Notes: a model not told the origin generated them from the sequence alone. Positions 30,261-44,722 are shown, counted from the stretch's first letter. The stretch is 64,000 nucleotides of DNA from Eledone cirrhosa (GCA_964016885.1 OZ024740.1:334614001-334678000); one strand, 5' to 3'. Made by a program: numbers and translations.

Positions 30261-30510
30261 AAAATAGATTTACTTAGTAATAATTGTTTCTACTTTTGGC
30301 ACAAGGCCAACAATTATCGAGTTCATTAGTGGTACTTTATTTTATCGACCCCGTAAGGATGAAAGGCAAAGTTAACGTCGGCAAATTCCGCCGAGGTTAA
30401 CTTTACATTTCATCCTTACGGGGTCGATAAAATAAAGTACCACTAATGAACTCGATAATTGTTGGCGTTGTGCCAAAAGTAGAAATAATTATTACTAAGT
30501 AAATATATTT
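30261..30510. repeat. Palindrome made of a SINE 3' half plus its flank
   Basis: Arms 30261-30382 / 30390-30510 with loop AAATTCC. Confidence 0.92.
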
Positions 30511-31040
30511 CTTGTCATGATAATATTGTTCAGTTTGTTGTAGGATTCTTATTTGACCTTGCTTTCTGTGGTAATATTTACGCGTCTATCATTATATGTG
30601 AAGAACAGGACGCAGGTGCTGCTATTTACTTTAACAGATACGCCTGAAGGACAGCATTTTGTCTGAATCTTACGAAGTGTATTGCTATTCATTAAGTCCG
30701 ATGTGTCTGAAGAATATTTGCCATTTATCTCACGTGAATTTAAGGATCTAACTGATTCTAAAGTAGTAATCATTTTCTACATAGTAATCAAGAGATGAAA
30801 GTATTGTTTTCATCGTTTTAACTATAATTTGCTAAAACGTGCCGTCACCGCATGTTGCCTTTCCTTTCCCGTCGCTCGATACGTTGTGAAAGAAATTGTT
30901 GCTTGTGAGCCCATTTAGCAGGTTTGCTTCGCTTAATTTTTGTTGTTTGTTTTATTTTGGAAGTGGGTGATATCAACAAAGTGTCGTTGTTTTCGAAACA
31001 CTTTCAATTTAAATATGTAATTTTATTTTTCCATTGTAAA

Positions 31041-31435
31041 TAATTGTTTCTACGTTAGGCACAAGGCCAGCAATTACCCAGTGCATTACTGGTACTTTAT
31101 TTTATCGACCCCCGTAAGGATGAAAGGCAAAGTCAACCTCGGCAGGATTTGAACTCAGATCGTAAAGGGACGTAACTATGCTGGAAAGCATGGCGTCCGA
31201 CCCTCTACCGATACTGCCAATCCACTGCCCTTTTCCATTGTAAATAATTGTTTCTACTTTTGGCACAAGGTCAGCAATTACCCAGTGTATTACTGGTACT
31301 TTATTTTATCGACCCCGTAAGGATGAAAGGCAAAGTTAACCTCGGCGGGATTTGAACTCAGAATGGCAAGGGCCGTAACTCTATGCGTCAAAGCATGGCG
31401 TCCGACCCTCTACCGATACTGCCAATCCACCGCCC
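31041..31435 (-). mobile_element. Two tandem full-length family 1 SINEs with a triplicated TSD
   Basis: TTTTCCATTGTAAATAAT at 31027, 31231 and 31436. Confidence 0.92.
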
Positions 31436-31734
31436 TTTTCCATTGTAAATAATGTTCAGTAAGTGATTCGCTTACACATATCATCTGACGGGCCAATTAT
31501 ATTAGTTGTAGATAATTACATGAGAATGGATATGCAAAACAAACATTAATCTTCGAGGAGGTAAAGGAAATACACATTTCAAAAGAGCAAACACATTTAT
31601 TGAGATAATATAGTACGTATATCTGCTTACAGTAGCAAATTTGGCATTACATTATGTTGAATTTTCACTGGAAAATATTACATTTGAGAATTGACAAGTG
31701 AAAATAACGACTATACACACACATATATATATAT

Positions 31735-31813
<79 letters not shown>

Positions 31814-31820
<7 letters not shown>

Positions 31821-31968
31821 GTGAGGTTTTTTTTACAAAATGAAAAATAACCGAGGTGTCCTACACGAGTGAAAGTATAAAGAAAAAAAGATGATATCGA
31901 AAATGCAACTGGAGTCTTATTTATTAAAAAATATATATACATTTATTTCGTTCCTTTACCGATTTCTT
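31814..31968 (-). mobile_element. Neptune PLE 3' terminal fragment
   Basis: Reverse complement of about 59250-59403. Confidence 0.85.
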
Positions 31969-32041
<73 letters not shown>

Positions 32042-33269
32042 TACGTTTATGTATTTGCGTAGACACGAAAGATAATAAACGCAGCACAAAATAAACAAGG
32101 ACATGATGGAGAATAAGTTTAATACCAGGAATAAATGAGGCTTAAATCAGATATTAATTGAGGATGTCACAGAATGTGTGGCAAATGAACGACATATTTT
32201 TTGTCCAACTCGAAATGATGAAAGACTAAGTTGACCTCGGCAGGATTTGAACTCAGGGAGAAGAGAGCTCGAAGGAATAACACAAACCACTCTATCCGAC
32301 GTTCTAACGACTATATAATAAAAGAAGCACTAAAACATTAATGATTCATAATAGGTTGTATATGAAATTATCTGTATATGTTTATGTATAATAAACATAT
32401 GTACGTCTCGCTATAAATATTTTGATCAATGATCATATCATAGCTATCTTGATACATGTGTGATAATATTAGAGACATGGATCAGGAATAAGCTAAATCC
32501 TATATATTTTAGCATATAAAACATATATCGGAGACGGTTAGAGTGCGATGTTAATTACCTAGGATTCATTAGCAACCCACCAACATAGCGTGATTCGTGA
32601 AAAGAAGTCTGTTTATAGGAAGGAGTAACCTGAACCAATAAAGGAAAAACATAATTCAGAATACTTTGTTTAACTGTGCAATGTATTAATTTAACGATTA
32701 GCTGCATTTGATCTCAATATTCAAAAAGCAAGACCAGAGAAAGAATTACATATTCTGATAACAACAGTTCATCAGCAATACACATTTTTCGACAAAGGAA
32801 TGATGAAACGGGAGGAGGAAGCAGTGAAAATGTTTGCAAGTATGAACGACAGTGTTATACTACTTATTTATAGAACACAAAGTACGATGTAGAAATTTGA
32901 CGTCGAGAGAGCCGTTACAAGTACAGCCAAGCAATCTATCCGATGTTCTATCTATTAAGCCAGTCAGAGTTTATGTATATAACTGTGTATATATAGAGCA
33001 TTAAATACGTTGTAAAATCAGTCGATGAATATAAATCTGTTAAAGGTATTGGAGCTCATGCGATCGACTATGTATATGAATTTTTAACTCCAAGTCTGTG
33101 TCGTTCCACAAGCCTATGATTGGTAGCTATAAAGATATGCATACAGACATATACATACGCACATATATACACTTACATACATACACATGCATACCCATAT
33201 ATATATATATATATATAAGTATATATATGGATATATATATATATATATATATATAAGTATATATATGGG

Positions 33270-33300
<31 letters not shown>

Positions 33301-33349
33301 ATATATATGCATACATTTATATATATATATATATATATATATATGAATG

Positions 33350-33510
<161 letters not shown>

Positions 33511-33524
33511 GTATATATATATAC

Positions 33525-34030
33525 TGTTATGCTTTGGGAGGGTCATGTTGCCAATAGGAAACACACGCACCAGTTGCTTTCACTCCAATTTATTATAAAT
33601 TAAATTTATAAATTTAAGAATTTATAAATTTCTTTCATCACACATTATGTGACCTCTTCAGTGACTGGGGATTATCTTCTTTGTTTTTGTGTCTCTCATT
33701 TGTTCTCTCCTACGCCATCTTGTTTTGGCGTAGGACAGAACAAATGAGAGGCACAAAAACAAAGAAAAGAATCCCCAGTCACTGAAGAGGCCACATAATG
33801 TGTGAAGAAAGATCTTTGACAATATATGAACAATCGTCTGGTTGTGGAACCAACCAACCGGAAATTTATAAATTCTTAAATATATAAATTTAATTTATAA
33901 TAAATTGGAGTGAATGCAACTGGTGCGTCTGTTCCTTATTGGCAACATGACCCTCCCAAAGCATAACAATATCGGTCTCAACACACGTTTTCAGATAAAG
34001 CATGTTGCTAAACAAATTCAAAAACGAAAT
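33525..34030. mobile_element. Fold-back hammerhead cassette (arms 33525-33717 / 33726-33968, plus 3' extension)
   Basis: Near-perfect inverted repeat between (TA)n tracts. The left arm has an internal deletion of about 50 bp. Confidence 0.88.
33778..33820 (+). ncRNA. Minimal type I hammerhead ribozyme
   Basis: GUCA CUGAAGA GGCCACAUAAUGUGUGAA GAAA GAUC UU UGAC. Stem I is GUCA/UGAC and stem III is the palindrome AGAUCU. Confidence 0.75.
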
Positions 34031-34473
34031 ATATATATATATATATATATAGAGGGAGAGAGAGAGAGGAAGAGAGAGAGATAGAGAGAGAAAATAAATA
34101 AATAGAGAGTAGGGAGGAAAGTAAAATAGAGACAGAAAGAAAGAGTGATAGATTGAAAAGAGTCGAAGTCAGTGAGGCAGCATATGTATAAACTTTATTT
34201 GCATATTACTCTACTATTGTTTTGAAACAATTTTAATATGAACATAAAGTTTGTACATATGCTGCAACATTGACTTCGAGTCTTTTAAATCAGTCTATAG
34301 TTCTTCACACTACAGCCGTCACACTGGAATACAACAGAAATGAAACGAATATCATGCTTCGAACAGCGCGATCCTCTAACTGTTGTTACTCCCTTAACTA
34401 TTACACAAACACACACACACACCTTACGTTATATATATATATATATATATATTTCGTTTCTTACATACATATA

Positions 34474-34539
<66 letters not shown>

Positions 34540-34576
34540 TGTGTGTGTGTCTGTGTGTGTGTACAATATATATATA

Positions 34577-34628
<52 letters not shown>

Positions 34629-35523
34629 GTGGTTATGCATGTATGTGTGTTAGTCAGAATATATATGTGCATGTGTGAAGATATGGATGTGTGCGTGACG
34701 GAGTGTGTGGCGTGTAAATTCTGTTTGCAATGTTTTTTAGGAATGTTTTTATACTTCATATATATAGGTATAATAGATTCAGGAAAATATCGATTTTTTC
34801 TCACGATTTCGCTAGCAAACATATAACGACAGATAACCGCAGCTAACTATAGAAAGAGAACATAACTGATGTTATAGAACCAGTGTAGTTGTAATCTATA
34901 AAAACGCATAGTTAAGATTAATATATTTACCCCATATTTAACATTGAAATGTCATATGTACCATTGATTTGTAGCCTCCAAACAAATTTAATTCCATTGA
35001 AAAATAGAAAAAACATACTCTATTTTCAAAACGAAACCTAATTTGATGATTAAATTCTACCCAACATAATCTTCGAAATAGTATTTTAATTGATAAGCAT
35101 TGGTTTATATATTAGTCTACGTTGTAGTAAATATCATTTCTTTTAACAGAGAAATATACCATGTAGCAGAGAAATATATTTTTCCTATAAACGTGCTATT
35201 TAGTTATTTTTCTTTATACATTGCTTAGTCGCTTTACTGTAGCATTGCTGGGTTTCCTCATTCAGAGGGTTCAATCGTGCAGATATATGTTAGTACTCGA
35301 TTTCGTACACATTTGATCAATCAATATATATCGCTGTGCGTGCAGAGATGAGTCACATATTGAAGTACGTTTCTCTAAGAGGAGTTATCTCCCCAAAGAA
35401 AGTAAAGTTTACAAGTAATATATGTAAATATGTATATTCATCTATATATTTATAAGTTATTTCGGGTTGAATCGTGGGTAACCACAGTAAGTAATGCACT
35501 CAATACATAGCAGAGTATAAATG

Positions 35524-35650
35524 TTTTAATATAGAAGAGCTTCTACAGGAATAGAACTGTTTCATTCGTGAAAAATCATCAGGAATCTCCTGGTGATTTC
35601 TCACGAATAAAACAGTTCTAGACACGTAGAAGCTATTCTATATTAAAATA
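35524..35650. mobile_element. Fold-back hammerhead cassette; minus-strand HHR at 35541-35585
   Basis: Minus strand: UUC CUGAUGA UUUUUCACGAAU GAAA CAG UUCUAUUC CUG UA GAA. The same family occurs at 53909-53954. Confidence 0.75.
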
Positions 35651-35928
<278 letters not shown>

Positions 35929-35976
35929 TATTTTAATATAGAATAGCTTCTACATGTCTAGAACTGTTTTATTCGT

Positions 35977-36187
35977 GATGTGAGAAAAACCACAGACCCT
36001 CCATCTCAACTCACCTTTTGAAAAGCAGAAGAACTGCGAAACCGGTAAAGGAACCAAATAAATATATATATTTTTTAAAAAAATAAGACTTCAGTTGCAT
36101 TTTCGATTTCATCCCTTTTTCTTTATACTTCCACTCGTGTAGGACACCTCGGTTATTTTTCATTTTGTAAAAAAAAACAAACCTCAC

Positions 36188-36194
<7 letters not shown>
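35977..36194 (+). mobile_element. Neptune PLE 3' terminal repeat copy
   Basis: Matches 59189-59403. Confidence 0.9.
36014..36051 (+). ncRNA. Minimal type I hammerhead, U3-A8 core variant
   Basis: CCUU UUGAAAA GCAG AAGAA CUGC GAAA CCGG UA AAGG. All three stems pair, stem III is the palindrome ACCGGU, and the site is GUA. Confidence 0.8.
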
Positions 36195-36219
<25 letters not shown>

Positions 36220-36786
36220 TTATTTATTTATTTATACACTGTACAGTTATGTCTATATTCTCGCACAGGAGCTAATCTGATTCTCTTAAGGCTTCTCTTT
36301 CTATAGAACCTCTTTTCACAGCATGTATCTGTATATGTATGATCAGCTTACTTGCGCGCTCCCTCATACCTGCATATTCTCACAGAAGCAAACTCCGAAA
36401 ATACACGCCCATGCACGCACGCACATATCCACTCAAAGTATACAATGATTATCTCCCTTTCTAAACCTCTCTAATACCTAAGATACTTACCGACTAGCAT
36501 TTCTTCAAAATGGCTGACTCAATAGAAAGGTGATTTTTCTCAAAATATATTTTTCTGTTCTATTTTTTTTTTATTCTTGTCACTCTACATCCTTCTATTT
36601 CAACTGTCATCACTCATACTGGTGAAAAACTAGCGCCCAAAACGTAAAGACACGTTCCCATCTCAAGTGTGAAATTAATTAATATTTTTCTTCGTTTAAC
36701 AGTGTTGTTTGCTTCATTGTTTCCGTTTACTTTTGCACATAAACACAAGCACACAATCACACACATATATATGTGTGTGTCTGAGT

Positions 36787-36817
<31 letters not shown>

Positions 36818-36838
36818 TATGCGTATATATATATATTG

Positions 36839-36922
<84 letters not shown>

Positions 36923-38040
36923 CATATTAAGATATTATAACATATAATATGTATGCTAATTTGCTTCCTTAAAGTATACAATTTTTCATAAATGTTACGT
37001 GCTACATATATGTACAAAACCCTTCCTGTTTCTCAAACGATATATGACTCTCACTCCCCCCTCTATCTTTCTATCTCTCTCCCTACCTCCATCGCTCTCT
37101 TCAGCTATCTCTCTTCATCTCTCTCTAAACATATACCTTTTATTTTGAATAATATATGGCTGGGCCAACGTGCATAGAACTTTCATATTGAAAATCTTAA
37201 TCACCATACATAATATATATCGTAAGGTACCTTAAACTATTATATACCTGCTGAAAATTCTTAATTTGTTGAGCTGCTTAAACCGTGACTATTAGTTCGC
37301 ACCTCTTTCTAGTCGATATGATGTCCAATTCTATTTGTATTTGCCCGGACAGTTAAAACTTTGTTTCCGCTATGCGTTGTATAGATTTAAATGCTTTCTG
37401 ATCCCGACAGATATATAGATGATTTGTACTCTATTTGGGCTTAACCAAAGACGATTCCTCTGATGTTTTATTTCGCGTCTTCTTTTAGCAAATTCAATAG
37501 TTAGTAATCAATCATCAATTACTGGGAGCGATTTTTGCTCCCGTTTAAGAAATCGGAAAAGGTACCGTAGGGAAAATCAAGTTTTTCCACTATAAACATG
37601 TACTTTTTCCTAAATATTATTTGCTTTATATATAGGTACAACATACTGTGTGTTTAGCAAACGAGATATGGCTCTTTTTCCCTCTCTATATATACATATA
37701 TCTTTTAATTTGAATTATTTATGCTCTAGGCCAACATCCATAGATCTTTTCTATTGAGAACCGTAATCATCATACATATATGTTATCATACCTTAACATA
37801 GTATATATATATATATATATATATATCGAAAACGCAGAGAATACTATGGACTGACAGCCTGCGCCACCCCACTCCCCCAATTGAAAAAACTATTTCGGCC
37901 GCCGACCTCTGCTTGACCGACCCCATTTCACGCGCACGCGCGCTCTGATGAATACCTCAGATATTCAAAACAACGAACAACGGAGGACACGTTTCGCACC
38001 TTTTCGACAGACAACTCCCCCCCCCCCCCCCGGAAAAAAA

Positions 38041-38285
38041 CCCAGTTGATGGATGTGAATCCGAAATATATAGGGACAATTAAATCTCCCCCAAGGTAAC
38101 TCGATCTCGTGTTATTATTTTTATTTTTATCCTTTACGCTCTTTCCTACATTCTTCTACCCGTTACACTCTTCTACACGCCACGCATCTCAACGTACACC
38201 CACTTACATCTCTCTCTCCACCACCGGATCTTGTTACCCGGAGATTTACCCATCTGCATTGTCGAGGCTTCTAAACTACTGAAAG
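38041..38285 (+). mobile_element. PLE-type terminal cassette ending in (TA)n
   Basis: Reverse-complement homologue of 26390-26826. Confidence 0.65.
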
Positions 38286-38304
38286 ATATATATATATATA
38301 CATA

Positions 38305-38335
<31 letters not shown>

Positions 38336-38912
38336 GTATGTATGTATACATGTGTGTATGTATGTATTCATTGTGGAATCTTTTAGACTTTGGAGATTGC
38401 AGACGAACGTAGTTGTTTTGGTATACAAAGTTTCAATCGGGATTAAATTTATTCTGGAATATTTTTTTCATCTTTCATAATTGTTTATCTATTTAATATT
38501 TTCCTCCATTTTCTCTTAACTTCATCAGCAGATAATGTACTTATAGATTTTCAAATTATTGCATTTAATGCAAAACTGAGAGTACATCCAATTGATCTCT
38601 TCTCATATATGCCCCTGGCACGGAAATGTATTACCGTCCTTATAAAGTGACATAATAATTTCACAGCCCTAACAAGTTACACCGCTTTACGTTGAATATT
38701 TCAAAAGATTTTCGATACTTTATTGCCTTTCATCTTTTTAGGGTTGATGAATAAATGCAAATGACGGGTATATATGGAAAAAATGTTGTGTTGCCATGTG
38801 AAATGAAAGAAATAATTATTTTATGTTGTTCTCTTTTAGTGAAAATCATACGCGTGCAGGTTTCTATTTAAAATTTAAGAGAATCGTTTCTTCCTCCTCA
38901 CGCACACGCTCG

Positions 38913-38951
<39 letters not shown>

Positions 38952-41900
38952 ACACACACACAAATATATACATATATATATATGAATGTGTGTGTGTGAT
39001 GTGTGAGTTTGCATATATAAATGCTGACATTTTAAGTTCACATGTTTCCTAAGGAGTCTCGTTCAGTTAATCCAGGCCCTACGGCCTTTATAGGGAATGT
39101 TTTGTAACGGTTGTGTATTTTTCTTTCGTGTGTCAAGGAGTTCCAAAAGGGAATGTATTTAAGTAAATAAATATAAATAAATTAGTAATACATGTAAATC
39201 ATAGTCAAACAAATGTTATGTCTCATATATTGGGTTGGATTCTATTGATATACAAGAGCGACAAGAATCTAACCAGTTGAATTTTTTGTTTCAGAAACAA
39301 AATCGTGAGTAACAACAAAATGTGAAGGATGCATTTCAACACAGCATATAGCAGGATATTTAAATATTTGTTATTAATCTCCCATATTATACATTAATGT
39401 ATTGGTCCACCTCCGTTGTTCCAAAGAATTCTACTTGTTACATGAATGGAACACTATTTTCGTTTAATTAACGTACAAATGATTGAGTATAACAATAGCA
39501 CGTGTATGTTACCATGATTTTATATGAGTAAGATGATAACAATATGTGAAAGAGGATAACAAACAGCTAATTATTTCTAGCTCATAGAACGAAGTAATGT
39601 AATAAATAGTTCCATCGAGATTGAAACAGTTTGCGAATCTAACAACACCGAACACTGTGCCACGCCCCTCCACACATCAATATGAAGTCCTTTGGGCGAG
39701 TTTGTGGGTTTTTTTCAATTCCCTCACACGAACATATTATTCATAGATTACCCTCATTCCATACGACATGAAATTATACTTCACATTACCATACTTAATC
39801 GCTTTAACCCTCCCCTTTACATCCTTTGGGGTGTGATTTCTGTTAAATTTAATGCAATGTTCAATGTTATCTTTATTCTACCAGTTCTCGTAGAAAAGAA
39901 CACTAATTCAGTAAGATATTCCTCCACAATCTTTGTAATTATTATACTACCATTTTTCACTCTTTAAATTGATTAATCATTTCAACTAGTTAATGGATTA
40001 AACGTTGTCATCAGCGTCCATTTGCATTTAAATAAATAGCCTACCACGCTTACGGCGTCATTAACAATAATGGCTATTTCTCTTTAACTTGCCCGTTTAA
40101 TGAAGTTAATATACTTTATATTTGTATTACTTTATTTATCAACAAACATATTTTCTCGAGTTATTTTTTCTGGATATAACTTAACCTTATTCTTACATAC
40201 CACATATTTATAAATTGTGTTCAGCAGCGACAATTAGTTATTAAGTTTATGATTAATGTAATAAATGGTAGTGCTCATTTTGTCGTGATAGTCTTTCACT
40301 TCAACATTTTGCTTTATTTTCCAATATTATTTATTTACTCGCTATATTGTTTATTAATAAGATCTCTTTTCAGTTCTCTTTTCCTTTTATATTTTTAATT
40401 ATATTTTTAATAGTTCTGGTAATCATAAACAACTACTTAAGATTTCTAACTTCAATTAGTAATTTTTTGTTTTTTTTTGTTTTATAAAATCTTTCGTTAG
40501 TCGACAATTATTAAATTATTTCTAAATAATTGAAAATATATCTAAGTAAAGAAATCACTGCCGGACACTTTCAGACAAATTCTTTAAGAACGAAATAGAT
40601 CTAGCTCTGTAAGTGACATTTCAATATATAAGAATATACAATATACTCAAACTGTTGTGTGTACATATATGGTCCTTTTGCAAAGGAGATTATATATATA
40701 TGTGTGTGTATGTGTGTGTGCGTGTGAGTGTGCGTGTGAGTATTGTGTACGGCCACGTACTAACATAGATGTCTACACATGCACATATTCATACATTCAC
40801 ATGTATATATATATATATAATGTGTAGTGTGTGTATGTATATGTGTATGTGTGGATTATTGGACGTATGGATGTATGGAGGACTATCTGGATTCATAGCT
40901 AGGAAATGTTAACAAGGAGAATCAATGAGATAAAAAGCAAATGTCGAGGTTAATCCAGCGTAATGAAAGAATGATTGGGACATCATTTATAATCCATCAT
41001 GAAAAGGGAAAGAACGGTATAAGATAATTAACTCGCACGAAATATTATTGATTGAAACTAATTACATACAATAAAATAATTTAAAACCTACAGTAAAAAA
41101 GAATAATGTTTGAGAGCAATTAGAAACTAATTATTAATGAGAAGCCAAAATCAAATGTGAGCCGTTGAATATTTTCAATATGAAATAATTGCTTTAAAGA
41201 AATGTTATCAGGAAAGATCACTTGACTCACCTATGCTCTATGATTAAATTGAACATGTAATTTGTTCTACATAACTGCATAAGATTGATCAACATATTTT
41301 GTGACAATATGCATAGGTTCTTACGGTTACATCATTAATATTCAAACATAATACTCAATGTCTTATTACTAACTTGTAAATGTGCCACTGTTGTGGCAAT
41401 TACAGGCTGAAGTGTTTTGTTAGTAGGCACAAGTGTAGTTTGAAAAAAAGATCTCTGACGCCTGTTCGTACTATAAGCCAGGTAATTTTTGATAAAAGTT
41501 GTAGAGATAAGCAGGGGAATTTTTAATAAAGTTGTAGAGATCTATAAGTGTATGTTTGTACTCTATACTCTTTCACAATGTCAGTTGCAATTGAAATCTA
41601 CGCCATATTTATTAATTATAAAAGCGTGCGACCACAAATGTACTGGTGGGTAGGTCTTTTGATTATAGTAACAAGATGGCTAATTAATTGATTATCTCTT
41701 TTCATGAAAGTTTATTCTTCTTAATGATATATAGCCATGTTTTTCTTTGATCATTTTACTTTTAAATAATCAGAATTACGTGGATGCCTAGTATGTCGAA
41801 ACGGTGCATTATGTCATATGTTTCTAGAGTATTATGAATTAATATTTTTAGTTTAGATATTTTGTAAATACCCTAATTGGCAAATTCGTTAAAACGTCTG

Positions 41901-43269
41901 AGAAGGTGCTTATACAGCTTTAGTTTCGGCAAATAAAGAGAACATGCCTAACATAGTGATCCCCTTTTTCACATATAATAGACATTTAACTTGTAATTAA
42001 AATGTAAGGCCATGCATTGTGAGTTAACATGAACCTTACGTGAAGTTTACACGTGTCATGGAATTCAGCTGGCCGGATTATCTTAACTCTTATAGTAGAG
42101 ACTAATGACTAATCCACTATATATGTATGTTGATTTGTCTGTGTGTGTTTGGGAGACTGTTGGGATATAATGTGTTTAAATGATTGCATTATGCAACCAG
42201 TTTTGCTTTTTATATCATACAGTCAGAAACAGCTAGCTGTTCTTAGATACAAATGTTTTCCGTCCAAAATATTGAAACCATGAAGGGCAGCTCTTTCAAA
42301 AAAGGATATAAATCTAAAACAATTCTTAAAATTGCCATTGTCAGATAACATGGAGACTTGAAATTTAATGTACCAGTGGGAAAGTTAATGATCTTCATGT
42401 AGTTAATGATATTTACAAGGTTACACCTTCTTGGTTATTTATTTATGTATGCTGCGAAGGTTGCTAATCGTATCAGAAACCAGTTGTACCTGTTATTCCC
42501 TTTAGGATTGCCATGTCACTTGCTTGTTTGTAAATTATGTTGGATGCTAGAGAATATAAATTGAATAGCTCGTTCTGACTTTCGTACAGTATCTTAGAAA
42601 ATGGGACCAAATTCGATTTAACAATGGACAATTCTTTTGATTTCAAGGCGATCAATATAATTTACGATGTCCTTTTTTTTAGTACGGGGAAAAAATCAAA
42701 TGTGTTATAGAATTCTGCCTGACGACAGAAGAATTTCTGGTACTGATTTTTTTTTAAGAACGGCCCATAAAATCAGATGGATCCTTGATAGCTGTTTGCT
42801 TTTGATGATGCCCTGTCTATATATATAGTTTTGTATTGTGTTACGCGCGTGCATAATATAATACTGAGTTTAATTACCGTAGTTTCTAATGCTTCGAAAC
42901 ATTTTAGATTTATACATGTCGTTTGAAGTTGCTTTTCAGTATATTTGAGGAAAAGAATGTAAACATTTCTATATAGTATCTAGTTTCCATGTGATTTCCT
43001 ATATAACTTTCAATGATAAAATTAATATCAAGGGGGATTTTAATTATCTTTATAGAAGTGTAAGTTTCTACTAAATCTTCTTTATTCATAGTATACTTTT
43101 TCACTGAAAATATATCTCATAATAAAACGAGTAATTTTGTTGCAATATTACAGTTTCTGTAATTGAAATTGCAGTGTTTATATTTTCCATACACCTCGCG
43201 ATTATATATGTACACATAGCCATAGACAAACCTATACGCATGCACACGTATGCACAAATAAATGTATAC

Positions 43270-43304
<35 letters not shown>

Positions 43305-43309
<5 letters not shown>

Positions 43310-44423
43310 TGAAAATGTAACTGGAGTCTTTTAAAGAATCTATATTTATTTCCTTTACCGGTTTCACAGTTCTTATGCTTTTCAAAGGTAGAATTGAGAT
43401 GGATAGTTTGTGTTTTTTTTCGCATCTGGTTGGTGTTTGATAATTATTTCTGTTTTATGTGGAAGGGTGGCTTGAATTGCTGTTTGTTTATAATTCAATT
43501 TGGTTGGTTGATGACTGTCACGTGAATAAGTACCATAAATTGCGCACCAGTTCGTGTTCCTTTCAAAGTTCTTTTGTGTTTAACTTAAAAATGTGGCTCA
43601 TATTCTCGTTTTTTTTTTTCAAAGTGTAATTTGTTCGTTTGATGGCTGTCACGTGAATAAGTACATCAAATTTGGTGCCAATTCGAGATTGAGGGTTCTT
43701 TATTGCTATTTTCACAGAGACATGGTTGGTCATATAATATAGGTGCCAGGGAATGAGAGTTTGTCGTAGAAACTTTTGTGCCCCAAAAAAGATAATGGTC
43801 CAGAAATAGAAGGGGGGGGGGGGGGTAATAGTTCTGGTTCAGTGAGTATGGTTGATGTCGTGCTGAGGTATCAAAATTGAGACTATCTATTGAAATAAAT
43901 TGAATGTTTGTGTCGATAGTGGTGGCGGTGGCGATGGTGGTGGCAGGGTAGAGAAGAGAAATATATTTTTTTATTTGTGGTTGTGTGTGTGTGTGTTTAA
44001 CAAAGCGATTTATCGTCCTGATATAGAAATGAAAATGATTCCATTAGTAGAAATGGAGAAAGGTGTTATGTCTGTGTGTGTATGTGTGTATTGGGGGGGG
44101 GGGTATGGTTAGCATTTTAGGGTGTTAAACTATAACGTATGTGAAAGTATATTTAGCTCAGGTCTTTTCTTTTCAATATAGAGAAGGGTGTTGTGTGTGT
44201 GTGCATGTATGTATGTGTGTGTGTGTGTATGTGTGTGTGTGTGAGTCTGTGTATGTGGATGGTAAGCATGTTATGGTGTTAACACATTAACGTATATCAA
44301 ACTATATTTATTTCTGGCCTATATTTTTGAATAAACATATTTTCTTTCTTTATGCGTGTTTGGTCTGTTGTATCGTCAATGCAAATATAAAGTAGTAGGA
44401 ACACTTTCAATTTGGGTGTCTTG
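43305..44423 (-). mobile_element. 5'-truncated Neptune-type PLE (C-terminus of GIY-YIG ORF, 3'UTR, decayed U3-A8 HHR at about 43351-43390)
   Basis: Minus strand TRIKKENMFIQKYRPEIN aligns with 58560-58620. The 3' end aligns with 59175-59325. Confidence 0.85.
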
Positions 44424-44596
44424 TCGAACATATATGCATATATACAGGAAAGTATTCAGGACCCCGACGGAAGAGCTCAAGCCGTTTCAACGGCTATTTC
44501 TGGAGTCCTGAAAATGTTCCTATTACCCACTCTACTACCCAAAGTATCGAGTACTCTGGTGTGTTATGGTCTACCTAGTCCCTTACCGTTTCCTTC

Positions 44597-44722
<126 letters not shown>

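Noticed and set aside
31027-31453. CRISPR-like repeat-spacer array
   Set aside because: The repeats are TSDs and the spacers are SINEs. Eukaryotic context with no cas genes.
35440-35492. Mini-Helitron (ATCTATATAT...GGGTAACCACAGTAAGT)
   Set aside because: Terminal CTAG and hairpin are not intact
37945-37975. CTGATGA as a hammerhead core
   Set aside because: No properly placed GAAA, stem III or stem I
39780-40200. Possible decayed RT (ADD- and GGL-like fragments on the minus strand)
   Set aside because: Too degenerate to support
42473-42655. 60-aa ORF in unique AT-rich DNA
   Set aside because: No recognisable domain or splice context
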